A stretch of DNA of 64,000 bases, from positions 558,001 through 622,000 of the forward strand of contig VRMN01000002.1 in assembly GCA_008690995.1 (NCBI GenBank), read 5' to 3'. Under the pieces are notes generated by a model that was not told the DNA's origin, searched no databases, and worked only from the letters and a program-made list of their open reading frames with translations. This document shows, piece by piece, positions 34,011 through 45,921 of the stretch. This DNA comes from Porphyridium purpureum. Lineage: Eukaryota. Within the stretch, counting starts at the first letter, position 1; each line of letters starts with the position of its first letter. Position numbers and translations under genes: made by a program.

Positions 34011-35406
34011 CAGGTAGTGACAATCGATTAAAAATACCCGTACTTCTTTACTTTGTCTTGCAAAAAAGGTAGAATTTTGGCCAAAGTTGGTGAAGGTCGA
34101 CTATTTTGTGCGAATAGGATTGACAAACGATTAAACACAGCTAAGGTTCAGAGCATTTACCAGAAGATTTTGTGATTAAATCAGGTTCTAAGAGCGGCAA
34201 TTTCCTTCCTTGCGCCAAGGTCACTTCAATGATCGGCTTTGGCATGCAGTTGTACAGGTCTCTATGTAGTAATGCCCCATTTCCTCCCACACATCCTCGA
34301 TTGCCTCTCGTAGCTCTTTCACATTAGAATACTGCTTCCATCCACGGTAAATCTGACGTGTCAAATGGCTCCATACTTTCTCAATTGGATTCAGGTCTGG
34401 CGACAGCGCGGGCCAATCCACTACCTCCACATTATTGCGCTGCAATCAGTCCATCGTGATCTTAGCCCTGTGGGAAGCAGCCCCGTCCTGCATGAACATG
34501 AAGCATCCAAGCCTTTCTTTAGCCTTCACAATGACTCGAGACTTGTCCAACACTTCCACTTATTTTGCAGCAGTCTGGCCCTCCGAATAGTAGTCTTTCG
34601 TGAACAAAAGAGCAAGCTTTCCGTCGCCATTTATCGCTCCCCAGACCATCAAGCTCTGTCCACCACAAATATGACTCAAACATACAGCTGGCTCATCTTC
34701 AAGACCCGCCGAGTAGAATTTCAAGCCATCAGGACCGTCGAAATTCCACTTTTTCTCGTCTGCAAACACGACATCTCGCCATTCTTCTCGTTTCCAGCGG
34801 TGATCAAGCACAGATTTTACACGAGCCTGCCGATGGCGATCTTGCAAATGTGGCGTCTTCTTGCACTTCTTCCACATGTGCTCATTTTTAATGATACGGC
34901 GGACCGTTTGCACTGAGACTGGTTTGGCACGTGAGGACAAGATGCCTGCGTGCACCTGGCTTGCACTAGAAAATGGCTTTGTTTTCAGGACTTTCTCAAT
35001 CTTTCGGCGCAGGTAAGGTGTCATTTTTCCAGCATTCTGACTGGGTTGGCGTTTGCCGTACTGTTCCGGGCGTTTCATATAGTTCCTTATTACCGCTACT
35101 GAGCGAGATCCTCCTAGTTGGTCCGCGATCACCTGCAAAGAGTGACCCTCAGCCACTAGAGCGGCAATGACGCCCTGCTCGCGATCATTAAGGCTTAGTG
35201 TTTTGCCCATGATTTTCCCCGACCGTGAGCTCAATGCCACACACTGTAAAGCTTGGAATGCGTGTTTGCTTGTGGTGTTTTCAATCGTTCGGCCGCCTGC
35301 AACGCTCACGGCAAGGTCGGCCTTCTCTCGTTTTGCTCTAAAATTATCCTTTTTGTTAGATAAAGTAAAAAACGCACGGGTGTTTTTAGTTGATCGTCAC
35401 TGGCTG
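34011..35406 (-). mobile_element. Tc1/mariner (DD34E) DNA transposon, non-functional copy, 1396 bp
   Basis: Flanked by TA (34009-34010, 35407-35408). Imperfect ~60-bp TIRs: CAGGTAGTGACAATCGATTAAAAATACCCG vs CAGCCAGTGACGATCAACTAAAAACACCCG. Internal transposase. Confidence 0.92.
34190..35210 (-). pseudogene. Tc1-family transposase pseudogene
   Basis: N-terminal HTH, 'VFADEKKWNFDGPDG', 'LMVWGAI', 'MQDGAASH', 'WPALSPDLNPIE' with 34 residues between D and E. In-frame stops at ~34560 and ~34446 and an apparent 3' frameshift near 34260. Confidence 0.92.
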
Positions 35407-35694
35407 TACAGTGTAATTACTGTACTTCAGGTGCTGGCCCTGTATCGCGCTCTGAAAATTCGTTCGTCGACCGCGCCACAAAGCCGTCGTTTGAGGTGGA
35501 GGGTCGCACTCTGGCGTGCGAGGGAACGATTTGCGAAACAAATAGCATAGCCCATACCGCAGCGACTCTTTGCGTGCGTTTGAGCTGGGTCGCGCAGTGG
35601 GACGGCGCTCGGTATACAACACATCCAACAGTGCCGGCGAGGTAGCGTGTCCTGCGTCGTTCGAAGCGGCCTCACCGATTCTGGGCCGGGCAAG

Positions 35695-36948
35695 ATGCAG
35701 CCATGCGACAGCTCGCCTACTGGCCAGGGTCTCCCGTCTTGGTACATCGAGCGACAGAAGCAGCGCTTTGGCACGCGTATCGTCCAACAGCAAGTCGGAG
35801 TTCTCCAGGAGCGTGTGCAGGCGAACGCTGAACGCGACCGCGTCCGCCACTTGGTCCAAGCACAGAACTCGCAGTTTGACCTCGGCATTTTTCGGGAGGA
35901 AGCTAAGCGTCGCTTCTACGGGCACGATACTGGTGAACGGAATGTGGGCATGCGATCACACGTGCGGGCGCTCTACAGACATGAGGCTAGAAGCGAGCGG
36001 CTTGGACGGTGCTCTTTGCAGTTGGAAACGCGCATAGGAGCTGGTGATTACCTATCGCTGTACGTGCGAAAAGCTAGCGTGGAATTCGATGCTGCCAGCA
36101 CACATCATGCTCGGACTCGACTTGGTGGTCCCATCGTGTACCGTTCTATCTCAAGTGCCGAAGCTCTGGAAGTGCGCTGTGACGACCGAGTGCTTCAGAC
36201 CATACCGCGTGATTACGTTGAACGCGCATCCCAGGAATATTACCAGAGAAGCAATCAGGGCGTTGACCCTGTTCCGTGCGCAGAACTTTCTGGCCAAAAC
36301 TTGTCAGCTTTTCAGAGGCAGAGTCGAGCAATTTCTCGTCTGGATTCGTCTGCAGCGGTCCTGCCGGTAAACCATCGCTCCAGTTTGGACGTACTTGCGT
36401 ACAGAGAAAAGGCGAAAGAACGTCATGAAAGATGGCTGGCAAACGAGAAAGGCAGGTCCGACGAAACGCGTGGATTCATTCAGGGTGCCACGGAATGTAA
36501 GTACGAGATGGACCTGGTGTCCAAAGGAGACGAAGAGGCGGTCAGAAAGTATTACAGTAGCCGCCCTGATGAGCTTTACAAGCGGAAGCAGTCGAGACGC
36601 TTTGCGCAGTATCGTCGGATTCGTATTGAGCAGGAGCGTTTGGAGAATAACACGGTGAAGAGTGCAGAAGCTGGAATGCGAAAGCGACGCGCTTTGGAAA
36701 TGGACCGCCTCCGAACATACGAAGAGGATCATGGCGGGTTTCGCCACTATCGGTACTCGAACGACAATACCGCCTTTGCGTACTGCTCTACAATCACTCA
36801 AAATCACGCAAGGCGTGGCGACATGATCGAGAAGTATTCTCAGGAGGCCGGAAAGGAGGTCTCTTCCGTTGATTCGTTTCAGCGAGCGCAGCTTCTGGCA
36901 GAGCAGTTACCTATGTTTCACACAAGGGTGATGAATCGGTTTCGTTAA
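35695..36948 (+). CDS. Hypothetical protein with a charged, coiled-coil-like C-terminal half
   Basis: ~417-codon ORF from the first ATG; R/E/K-rich; no motif recognised. Confidence 0.7.
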   Translation: MQPCDSSPTGQGLPSWYIERQKQRFGTRIVQQQVGVLQERVQANAERDRVRHLVQAQNSQFDLGIFREEAKRRFYGHDTGERNVGMRSHVRALYRHEARSERLGRCSLQLETRIGAGDYLSLYVRKASVEFDAASTHHARTRLGGPIVYRSISSAEALEVRCDDRVLQTIPRDYVERASQEYYQRSNQGVDPVPCAELSGQNLSAFQRQSRAISRLDSSAAVLPVNHRSSLDVLAYREKAKERHERWLANEKGRSDETRGFIQGATECKYEMDLVSKGDEEAVRKYYSSRPDELYKRKQSRRFAQYRRIRIEQERLENNTVKSAEAGMRKRRALEMDRLRTYEEDHGGFRHYRYSNDNTAFAYCSTITQNHARRGDMIEKYSQEAGKEVSSVDSFQRAQLLAEQLPMFHTRVMNRFR

Positions 36949-37779
36949 GCGAAGCGTGGGAGACAGCAAAAACAACAGGCACAGGAAGAAGAAGTTATAC
37001 CCACATCACGACAGCAGTCACAAAACGAAATTTGGCTCGGATTCTGGTTTTACGTCGAAATTTTTGGAGATCCATGCTTCGACAAACGTGACTGCGAGCG
37101 CGTCCGTAAGGTATGAGACTCACGAGATGGATGAGCTTCAAGGAGATGAAGCCGTAGACAGATACATCATACTTGTAGGCCAAAGCTTCATGACAGTTCT
37201 GAAACGGGCAACGCGTTGTAGCGCCTCGTCGCGCCTTCAAATCGTTTTGGACATCAGCTGGGGACGAAAGGAGATTCTCCAAAGTGTGCGTAGACGCGAC
37301 TGCCCACCAATAATGCTATGATCCAGGGTGACGTCGTTCTGAGCATCGAATATTTGAGTATGTCTTGTCAAGGTGCGCTCTACAAATGAAAGTTTGCGTC
37401 GGTCCCAGCTCACTTGCAAATGGCGGAGAAAAGCCCTCTTACGAAGCGCTGTAGATGTCGAGCGCTTTCGTTCCGCCTCGCCTTTCGGCCAGTTCTTCGG
37501 GCGCACTCGCGTCAAACCCAAGCAGCCTCGACAGAGCATGTGCCTGCCTGTCTTGATGCACGCTCTTCCCTTTCCTGTGTGCTGCACGTCAACGGTAATC
37601 CCGACGTCTGCCAAGCATACTGCACGTGTGCTGCTCGCGAGCTCAGATGCAGTCCAGCCGATGCGCGAAAATTATTTAACGTTAAAATAAAACGTGCGCC
37701 TCGCGCCCTGGTGCTCGATGCGCGCCGTTCGATCACACCCGCAAGCTTCCCGCGAATTAGTCGAAGCGGAGGGGAGCAA

Positions 37780-38925
37780 ATGGCATCGTCGCGTCCGAAC
37801 GCTTCCTCCGCTGCATCGACTGTGCGGCCGGGATTCTGCGCAGGATATTGCGCGGGAACTCAGGATGCATCGGCGGGGGCGCCGCGCAGGACGCTACCGT
37901 CGGCACGAAACGTGTGCGGCTCTAACGTGCCGTCGCGTGCTCGCCGCGCTTGGAGTGGGAAGGCAAGTTTGCGTCACGGCATGAATCTGTTTGGGTTCAG
38001 CGACCGTCAGGTGGAACAAGCTTCGTCGGTGTCCGGTGCTTCGAAAGAGCGCTTCGCGAGCGACGAGACCTCAGACAGCGCAGCTGGGCCAACGATGCAG
38101 CCATCATCGGCTGCGTCGGACACATATACAGAAGTTTTGCATGATAACTCCAAGAGAGCACGGGATTTCGAGTCTGATTTGGTGAAGCAGCGGCTTCAGA
38201 ATATCGAGCTGCGCATCAGCGAAGTGAAGTGCCCATTTTGGAAGCGCCGTTTTACAGACACACTGGAAACAGTCCAGTCTGTGTTGGCATGGATATCAGC
38301 AAGGCACAAGAAGTTGCTATGGTTTGATGAATATTTGCTTGCGAAAAATACCGCAGCGGGTCTCGATGCGAAAACCATCAACTTGTGCAGAGCAGCTGCC
38401 CGGGAAATCATACGACAGGACTTCGAAGGTCGCCAGTATTATATCACGGGAAATCTCAGCAAGGCCTTGTACTGTGATGATTGCCTTTTCGATGGACCGG
38501 ACCCGGATGTGCCGGTTCGGGGTCTCCGTAAGTATGTGGAGGCAACCTCCAAATTGTTTGACCGCCGTCGTAGCAGGATTGAGCTTCTACACATTTGCGA
38601 TGTTAACGCGCGTCAGGTTCGGGCATACTGGCGTTTGGAAGGCGTTTTGCGACTTCCTTGGCGGCCGCCGATCAAGCCGTACCTGGGATCCACGACGTAT
38701 ACTTTCAACGAGCTGGGCCTGGTCTCATCACACTTTGAAACGTGGTCTATCTCGGCGCTAGACGCATTCCTCTCGACGCTGATATCCCCAAAATTAGGAA
38801 AACCTTCCGCGCCGCCGCTTGGGGAGCTCATGCGACGGATTTCTCTTGAAGGCCCAGGCTTTCTTGACAGCGCTACGGACTGCTCCTTTCCGCTGAGCGC
38901 TCGGGAGGGCATGAATATGTTGTGA
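37780..38925 (+). CDS. DUF2358 / SnoaL(NTF2)-like protein, probably plastid-targeted
   Basis: 'YYITGNLSKALYCDDCLFDGPDP..VRGL.KY', 'WRLEGVLRLPWRP', 'GLVSSHFETW'; S/A/R-rich N-terminus. Confidence 0.8.
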   Translation: MASSRPNASSAASTVRPGFCAGYCAGTQDASAGAPRRTLPSARNVCGSNVPSRARRAWSGKASLRHGMNLFGFSDRQVEQASSVSGASKERFASDETSDSAAGPTMQPSSAASDTYTEVLHDNSKRARDFESDLVKQRLQNIELRISEVKCPFWKRRFTDTLETVQSVLAWISARHKKLLWFDEYLLAKNTAAGLDAKTINLCRAAAREIIRQDFEGRQYYITGNLSKALYCDDCLFDGPDPDVPVRGLRKYVEATSKLFDRRRSRIELLHICDVNARQVRAYWRLEGVLRLPWRPPIKPYLGSTTYTFNELGLVSSHFETWSISALDAFLSTLISPKLGKPSAPPLGELMRRISLEGPGFLDSATDCSFPLSAREGMNML

Positions 38926-39237
38926 AGTATATGCCGCTCATTAAAGTAGCTAGTTGACTGGCACCCCACGGCTTAGACTGGGAATCAATCTTTCTGGTTT
39001 TCGCACGAGAATCCGGACCGACAGATTCCGCACAGCGCCACACTGCGTCCTACTGCAGAAAGCCATGTTGTACCAAGGGAGAAGGTTTTCTTCGCTTGGC
39101 GGCAACACCACGCTGCATCCAAGCAGGTGAAGTGCGACGACGATCCTGGCGTCAAAGGCTCGAGGAACCCGGTTCTTTCGATCATTCAGATGCAGCATTG
39201 CTTGATGACACACGGGCATTCATAATTTTACCAGAAT

Positions 39238-41244
39238 ATGGCGAGAAGCGTCGATGACTTGCTCCTGCGAGTCGCCCAAAAATACGAGGGGGCGCGAGCG
39301 ACAGCCGGCTTCTCCGCGGCTCAGTGGACTTTCTGGAGAGAACAAAGCATTGAGAGCATCAGGCGCCTGCGCAGCACACCGTCTCGCCTCGAGCTGGTTT
39401 CGCTGAGTGCCTCTGCATTTATTTTACGGTGCGCAGCCGAACGTGCAGGTTTGTCTCGAGTCTTGTCCGAGCATGATCTGGCCGACCGACTCGTATTACA
39501 TCCTCCCGATACGTCTGCTGGCGACCGAAAACACCGAGAAACACGACGATTGGTACAAGAAATCGAAAACGACTTTACTGAAACCACGATACCCTCATGC
39601 TGCTGTCGTGCTATAATTCGACTGCAATCGTTCGCATCAGATACACGGCCCGATGCTTGGCGAGACTCTGCCTTACGAGCTGGATTTGTTGCGTGTAATG
39701 ATGCATCATGCGTGAATATCTCCTTGATGACTCGGTGGATCTGCACAAACGCTCGACTCGCAGAACTGACTAAGCTGATGCCTTATGGCTCAGATTCTCA
39801 AAACGCGCCCGGATCTTTTTCTCTGGCTCTTGATTCCGACTTCCTCGATGAAATCCTTACAGCGGGGCTGGGATTCGAAGCGCAGCAACTAGCTGGTATG
39901 ATTTCTTTGATGCGTGGCTTCTTGTCCGAAAATTCGAAACAACAGATAGTGCGTGCTGTACGGGATAGGTTGAAGGGTGGCGAACAAGGAAAAGTTGGGC
40001 AGCGGACGGATGCGCTCATCGTGTACAGCCTCCTTGCTGCAGATTCAGACGAGGAAGAAGACTTCTTGAGCTTTGTTTTTAGCCATGTTCCTCTGGCATT
40101 GCGGCATGATTTATGCACGGTGTCGAGCATGCTTGTGGCTGTGTTGGACGCGGCAAAGAATCTTGAATTAAGAATGGATACACCGCTTGTGAGGAACTTT
40201 TTGACTTGGATTGCCGCTTCAAGTGAGAGACTTGTCTGTGTTCCGGGACTCGAGCATGATGCCATTCGGTCTATGCTTGAGAAGGTGGGCAAACGTTTGC
40301 AGAAACATGCACATCGTTTTCCAGACGTCAACTATGCTGTTGAGTTCGAACTTCGAACGAGTACGGGGTCCCCGCGCTGCATTGCTGTTTGGTGGTGTCA
40401 TTGGTTTCTCGAATGTCAAAGCATGGATCGTCGAACGCTCGCGGTTTCTGTTTTGGATGCGTTACTTCAATGCGTGTCGCGACCTCATTGGGACGGTCAA
40501 CTTGTAGGCTACGCAAAGACAATCCATGCCAGCGCTTTGCTATTGGAGCGATTCGACTCGGCTGCCAATCTTCTTAGTGATTGGTTAAGCTCACATCCTT
40601 CCCCGGAGGACCGAGGGTACCGAAAGCGGATGTTGGTGGAGGATATTGCTATGCGCATTTTTAAATCCAACTGTGAAAAAGATTGGGATTTAACAAGTTG
40701 CCTCTTCCGTGAGAAACGAAGCCCTATTCCTTGGCCGGATGAAGGGTTGTATGAGAGATACGCGCGTCTACGTGAAAATGAAAGCTCCCAGGTGTCACGT
40801 ATGGTCTTAGGAATGATGGCGAGCAAGCCAGAATCTCTCATTGCAGCGGCAACGGCTCCCGGGACTCACGGCTTTTCCCCGGATGGATCAGAAAGTACTT
40901 TTAGGCGAGTGGTTCAAATTCGTAACTTTTCAAGTGGGCAACAAGCGGACCTACTACCGACTGTATATTCTGTACTTTGTTCTGCTTTTGTGGGTGATGC
41001 GGAGCGACTTGCTATGCTCCGACAGCTTGCAGGGTCAAGCACCAACGTCTTCTTCATTCAAGTGGTATCGTGCTCTTTCAGACTGATCGGGCTTCTATTG
41101 TCTTCGTCACAATTCCCCGTGCTGCGAACAAGTTGGTTCGACGCACAGCAACTCTTGTACACTTCGCTTGAAGGCGTATACGTTCCGGACGAGCCGGAAG
41201 CGGTTTATATTGACATTGCGAAGCGGGATTTGTGGCTGTCATAG
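39238..41244 (+). CDS. Helical hypothetical protein, 668 aa
   Basis: Long ATG-started ORF, Leu-rich; no motif recognised. Confidence 0.75.
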   Translation: MARSVDDLLLRVAQKYEGARATAGFSAAQWTFWREQSIESIRRLRSTPSRLELVSLSASAFILRCAAERAGLSRVLSEHDLADRLVLHPPDTSAGDRKHRETRRLVQEIENDFTETTIPSCCCRAIIRLQSFASDTRPDAWRDSALRAGFVACNDASCVNISLMTRWICTNARLAELTKLMPYGSDSQNAPGSFSLALDSDFLDEILTAGLGFEAQQLAGMISLMRGFLSENSKQQIVRAVRDRLKGGEQGKVGQRTDALIVYSLLAADSDEEEDFLSFVFSHVPLALRHDLCTVSSMLVAVLDAAKNLELRMDTPLVRNFLTWIAASSERLVCVPGLEHDAIRSMLEKVGKRLQKHAHRFPDVNYAVEFELRTSTGSPRCIAVWWCHWFLECQSMDRRTLAVSVLDALLQCVSRPHWDGQLVGYAKTIHASALLLERFDSAANLLSDWLSSHPSPEDRGYRKRMLVEDIAMRIFKSNCEKDWDLTSCLFREKRSPIPWPDEGLYERYARLRENESSQVSRMVLGMMASKPESLIAAATAPGTHGFSPDGSESTFRRVVQIRNFSSGQQADLLPTVYSVLCSAFVGDAERLAMLRQLAGSSTNVFFIQVVSCSFRLIGLLLSSSQFPVLRTSWFDAQQLLYTSLEGVYVPDEPEAVYIDIAKRDLWLS

Positions 41245-41301
41245 AAGCATAATGCACTTCCCAAAACAGCTGCGTTTTCGAGCGACGAAAGAAGCGTTCC
41301 T

Positions 41302-44300
41302 TCAATTAATAGATATTGGTCTGTTTGCAGTCGCCGAGTCACTGGGCACAAAATAGGGCGAAACTCGCTTCGGACCCACGGACCGTTCCTTCTCTCTGTG
41401 TCGCTTGACAGTTTGGAGAATCCATGGACCAACGCGATGCAAAAGTCCGCGCGGAATGTGGACAACTGCCTCCAAGCTCTGCATATCATGTGGAAGTGTT
41501 GCTGCGATACGCCTTGCATCTTCTACGCCCAAAACATCACTTATCAGAATATGGCCCACGAAACAACGCAAGTCTTCTGCCCATTGAGCCCTGGACATCA
41601 AGAGGTCTTCCTCTAGGTCAAGGTCTAGCTCATCTGCGCCAGGAACACCAACTGCCATTGCAGAAGAGGCAGGCCTCGACACGCAATTTTTTTTCGTCCG
41701 CTTCCGCGCAGGTCGCGGGTCACCGTCAACAACATCAAGGTCACTGATGGGGTCCAGGTCAACGACACTCTCCTGTCCAGCTGTTTCTGGTACTGATGCA
41801 ACCGATGCTTTCTCGACTCTTTTAAGGCGTATGGGAATCTCTCCAGACTGCATGCGCCTCATAGCCGAACAGTCGCAACGCAGAGACGTGACCACTTGTC
41901 CGTACTCGCCGACGTCGACCTTGATGATTAGAACCCGGTGGAAAAGGAGATTTTCGATTACCAGCTGAATATCGTGGTCTTTCATGCCGTCGGCAGCGCC
42001 AAAGTGCTTGGCCTCCTTGTGATTCGCTTTCAGTCTTGATTTTCGACCACGGTAGAGTTCCACGACGTATTGTGCGGTGGGTTCGTACCGATGGACAGTG
42101 TTCATATCCAACACCATTTCAGCCACACGCACCGCGTGCTGCGTCACATCTTCTTCAACAACAGCGCGCGAATTCAAATTCATACAGTTGTCGCACTTTG
42201 GAAAGCAACGCTGACGCTCAAACTGTTCGTCAAAGTGAGCCAAGAGATGCTTGCGGCGACACTCGATGCCTTCCAAGCAATAAAGAGTCATCCTCGAGAC
42301 GCCTTCCTGATTCCGAAGTATTTGCTCGTGATTCAGAGTCTGGTCGTCGCCTTTTAGCATGTTCATCAAACGAAAGCGATCTGCCATACTGAAATATAAG
42401 ACACAGCGCGAGTTCTTCCCGTCGCGGCCGGCTCGACCACTTTCCTGGTAGTACCCTTCGATTGTCTTCGGCATCGAATGGTGATACACAAACCGAACAT
42501 CTGGCTTGTTGATGCCCATTCCAAAAGCAACGGTTGCACAAATAATCAGCACTTGGCCGGATGTCCAAGCGCGCTGGGTGTTCTCTTTTCGCACTGGATC
42601 CAGTTTTGCATGGTATGGAGAAGCGCTCAGGCCATGCTTTGAATACAACTCCTGGGCTACCTTCTCGCAGTCCTTCTGACTCAGGCAGTACACAATACCC
42701 GACTGTCCCGGATGCAGCTGTTTAATTTCAGCCGCAATGCTCTCAACGCAGTCCTTCGCCTTTTTCAAACGCACTTCATACGACAGGTTCGTGCGATTGA
42801 AGGACTGTCGAAACATGATACAGTCGCGGTGGATGCCAAGTTGAAGTTTGATATCCTCTCGAACAGCCGCCGTTGCAGTTGCGGTAAGGGCCATGATTGG
42901 CGTACCAGGAAACTCGCGCTTGAAAATAGACAGCTCTTTGTAATCGGGTCGAAAGTCATGACCCCATTGCGATACGCAATGTGCTTCGTCAATAACAACG
43001 CGAGCTAAAAGGCCCTTCTCGTGCAACGTCTTGAGTGTCTGGAAGAATGCTGGCGACCGACTTACCTTTTCTGGAGTCACGTAAAGGAGTCGAAGAGTCA
43101 AAGAACGACTGCGCAAATCGGTCATTATCTGCCTCCGAAGTTCATCGGGTGTCGCACTCGTGAGGGAGGCGGCCTGGATATTCTTTTTCCAAAGGTCTTG
43201 TACTTGATCGCTGATCAATGAAACAAGCGGAGAGATGACTAGCGTCAGCCCGTGGGACTGCAGAGCAGGCAGTTGGTAGCACAGCGATTTACCACCACCC
43301 GTTGGCATCAAGACGAAAACGTCCTTCCCAGAAAGCGATGCATTCATCGCTTCTTCTTGGTGTTTGCGATACGACTTGTTTCCGAAGTATTCCTGATTGT
43401 CAAGATTCATTTGATATGACCAAGCATACTGCCCACCCCACAAAGCGGCAGACGTCGATCCGTCTTCTTCTCCTTTCAGGTAATGAGGCGCCACCGCATT
43501 CGCATTTGCATTTCTGAACGATGCAAGGTAGTTCTGCGGCACAACGGGAGCCCGCTCAAACGCCATTGGAAAATCGGTTTCTCCTGCAGGGAATGCTGCT
43601 TCATCCCCTTTCAAATTGAACGGCAAATCCGCATCCGTAGAAATCTGTTGGTACATGGGCTGCTCGGGATCAAAGCGGCCACCATTGTCAAGCCCTGCAA
43701 ATTCATGATCCCAGGTACCCGCACCTGCAAATGAAGTCGCGCGGTTCTGGGCTTCTCTGGTTTGCGGGGGCAGCGTACTATATTCGGCGGCCGAGCGAGC
43801 TGGGTATCCGACTACAGCAGCGTCTTTTTCAAAGCACATGGAAGAATTCGGGAACGGATATGCTTCGGCATTCGTTCTTGCTAATGAGACGAACCGTTGA
43901 TCATGGCGTGCCGCTCCTGGATGCTGCAGTTTTTGATTCGTCACCGGACTTGTCGGGGGACCATGCACACGCTCCTTCTCCGGTGTCAATGCCATTTCCT
44001 GGCGATGCGGGCTCAAAGTCCTGTTAGCACCAGCCGGGCAACCTGCCTGCCGCGCGGCTTGGCGTACTAACTTCATGGACGGGTGCACGCCACCCTGCAG
44101 AAGGACCGTCATGGCATTCTCCAAATGATCCAGTACCGTCGAATCACGTGACTGACTCACGGCTACAGCGCACTGTTCGCTCAATGCAGTGATCACTGAA
44201 TTTACGTCAGAAACCAGCCGAGAGAAGGACGCGTGAAAACGGCTGACTCGAGACACAAAGTCTTCGGACATCCCGATTCCTGGAATCTGCGCTGGGTCTT

Positions 44301-44970
44301 TGTCCTGAGCGATCTCTGAACCTAATGTACTTCCACTTTGATTGCTCCGAAGATTCATGAGTGTCTTGCTATCCGCGTCCGACTTGCTCACGTGGGTCGG
44401 TCCCGCGGCGAACCCCATTTCGTCGGCATCGATGGATCCAAAGAAAACGTCCTCATCTTCGTAATCGTTTGTCGCGTCTATTCCACATTGTGCTGTTGTC
44501 AAACCTTTCTCGACCAGCATGCTTCTGTGAATATTTTTATCAGGGTGACCAGAAAGGATCACCAGCTCTTCGTGGGAAGGCAGATACTCATGCTCGGTCA
44601 CATGCGCCTCTGCAAGCGATCGGCCAGGAGAGCTGGTATTCGCCATATTCATGTTCGGCTCCAAAGTTTCGAGCTTTTTTAAAGACAAGCTCGGACAGGC
44701 GGGTGACACCGCACCACCCACAATGCCGGAGGGCGGCACACCCAGCGTTCCGCAAAGAAACTTCGCCTGATCCTCGCCCACGCTATTCCGTATCCGCGAT
44801 TGCGCAGGAGAAGTAGAACTCTTCAATGTCGTGAATCCTTCACGCGGGGCATCCTGCCATGCGATTCGTGACGCAGTGAGCTTCGGAGGTTCGTAGACGC
44901 TTGGCGTACTGGGCGCACGTGCCATCCGCTCTTTGAGACTGGTCTGTACCTCTTCCACATTAGACCTCAT
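41302..44970 (-). CDS. RecQ DNA helicase (BLM/SGS1/RECQ4A-like)
   Basis: MPTGGGKS, '[17 protein letters not shown]', TAT, '[10 protein letters not shown]', '[12 protein letters not shown]', RQC Zn motif '[15 protein letters not shown]'. Confidence 0.96.
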   Translation of the reverse strand: MRSNVEEVQTSLKERMARAPSTPSVYEPPKLTASRIAWQDAPREGFTTLKSSTSPAQSRIRNSVGEDQAKFLCGTLGVPPSGIVGGAVSPACPSLSLKKLETLEPNMNMANTSSPGRSLAEAHVTEHEYLPSHEELVILSGHPDKNIHRSMLVEKGLTTAQCGIDATNDYEDEDVFFGSIDADEMGFAAGPTHVSKSDADSKTLMNLRSNQSGSTLGSEIAQDKDPAQIPGIGMSEDFVSRVSRFHASFSRLVSDVNSVITALSEQCAVAVSQSRDSTVLDHLENAMTVLLQGGVHPSMKLVRQAARQAGCPAGANRTLSPHRQEMALTPEKERVHGPPTSPVTNQKLQHPGAARHDQRFVSLARTNAEAYPFPNSSMCFEKDAAVVGYPARSAAEYSTLPPQTREAQNRATSFAGAGTWDHEFAGLDNGGRFDPEQPMYQQISTDADLPFNLKGDEAAFPAGETDFPMAFERAPVVPQNYLASFRNANANAVAPHYLKGEEDGSTSAALWGGQYAWSYQMNLDNQEYFGNKSYRKHQEEAMNASLSGKDVFVLMPTGGGKSLCYQLPALQSHGLTLVISPLVSLISDQVQDLWKKNIQAASLTSATPDELRRQIMTDLRSRSLTLRLLYVTPEKVSRSPAFFQTLKTLHEKGLLARVVIDEAHCVSQWGHDFRPDYKELSIFKREFPGTPIMALTATATAAVREDIKLQLGIHRDCIMFRQSFNRTNLSYEVRLKKAKDCVESIAAEIKQLHPGQSGIVYCLSQKDCEKVAQELYSKHGLSASPYHAKLDPVRKENTQRAWTSGQVLIICATVAFGMGINKPDVRFVYHHSMPKTIEGYYQESGRAGRDGKNSRCVLYFSMADRFRLMNMLKGDDQTLNHEQILRNQEGVSRMTLYCLEGIECRRKHLLAHFDEQFERQRCFPKCDNCMNLNSRAVVEEDVTQHAVRVAEMVLDMNTVHRYEPTAQYVVELYRGRKSRLKANHKEAKHFGAADGMKDHDIQLVIENLLFHRVLIIKVDVGEYGQVVTSLRCDCSAMRRMQSGEIPIRLKRVEKASVASVPETAGQESVVDLDPISDLDVVDGDPRPARKRTKKNCVSRPASSAMAVGVPGADELDLDLEEDLLMSRAQWAEDLRCFVGHILISDVLGVEDARRIAATLPHDMQSLEAVVHIPRGLLHRVGPWILQTVKRHREKERSVGPKRVSPYFVPSDSATANRPISIN

Positions 44971-45921
44971 CGCGAAAGCTCGACGGATGCACAAGAAGCA
45001 CTCAGCGAGGTGTAGGTAGCTTCAACCTCCTGCAAGCCCAAGAAGTGATGTCAGCTGCGAGCTCAAAATTGCTCCTCGGTGATGCTTGTCTGCGGGTCTG
45101 AGTAAGCAGGATTACTCATATCAACTTGTCGACGAGTCCGACATGAAAGCACGCATGCGCGTCCTCCAGCAAATATTCCTTGCGCGAGTGGTACAGAGTC
45201 GAAGAGAAAGCCGTGTACACGAACGTTTGCTGCGTGCACAATCCTCGGACGCACAGCACGCGCACGGCGATTCCTGTTGGATTGACCAGAGTCGAGCGTG
45301 CGCGGCTACGACGGCACGAGTGGCGAGTGCGTTGGGATACCGTGGGCGCTCGTGCGGTGCGCGTATCTCCATGCACACGCGCGTTGTCTCCTGGCCCGAA
45401 CCCACCTTGCCCTCGCGACGCCTCCCGCCAGGCGCCGATTCCAAGCGCTGCCGTGAAACTGTACCTGCGAACGCCCGCTTGGCCGGGCGTCAAGAAAACG
45501 CGCGAAACACGCACTTTCGGTTTTGCGACCGGTGCAGGCGCGGAACCCTTGTCGGGTGGGTCTCAGTCGTTGGCAGCTGAGAGTGCAGGTATCGCGGAGG
45601 GGGTTTGCGCCGCGTCGTCTCAGTCGCGGCCCCACCGCACCGACGCCGCGATCCCAAGCACCCAGTGACGGGGATTTGCGACCGGCGCCCGGTCGTCTCG
45701 ACGCGCACCCTGCCCGAATCGACGCACTGGCTCAGCACGAACGCCGCATTGCCAGGCTTGACGTGGTCGATCATCGATACCTCCCTAGTTGTCGGTTCGC
45801 GTGAGTCTGGCGGTTGAGGGGAACATCGGACCGCACAGTCTCGAGAATTCATTCGTTTGGCGTCTGGCTTGGAACATTGCCCGCCGCATTGCTTGCCCGG
45901 AAGCTGTTCTACTCACACAAA

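Noticed and set aside
36956..37321. 121-aa ORF as an extension of the 35695 gene
   Set aside because: It is in a different frame, starts with GTG, and has no motif or clear splice signals.
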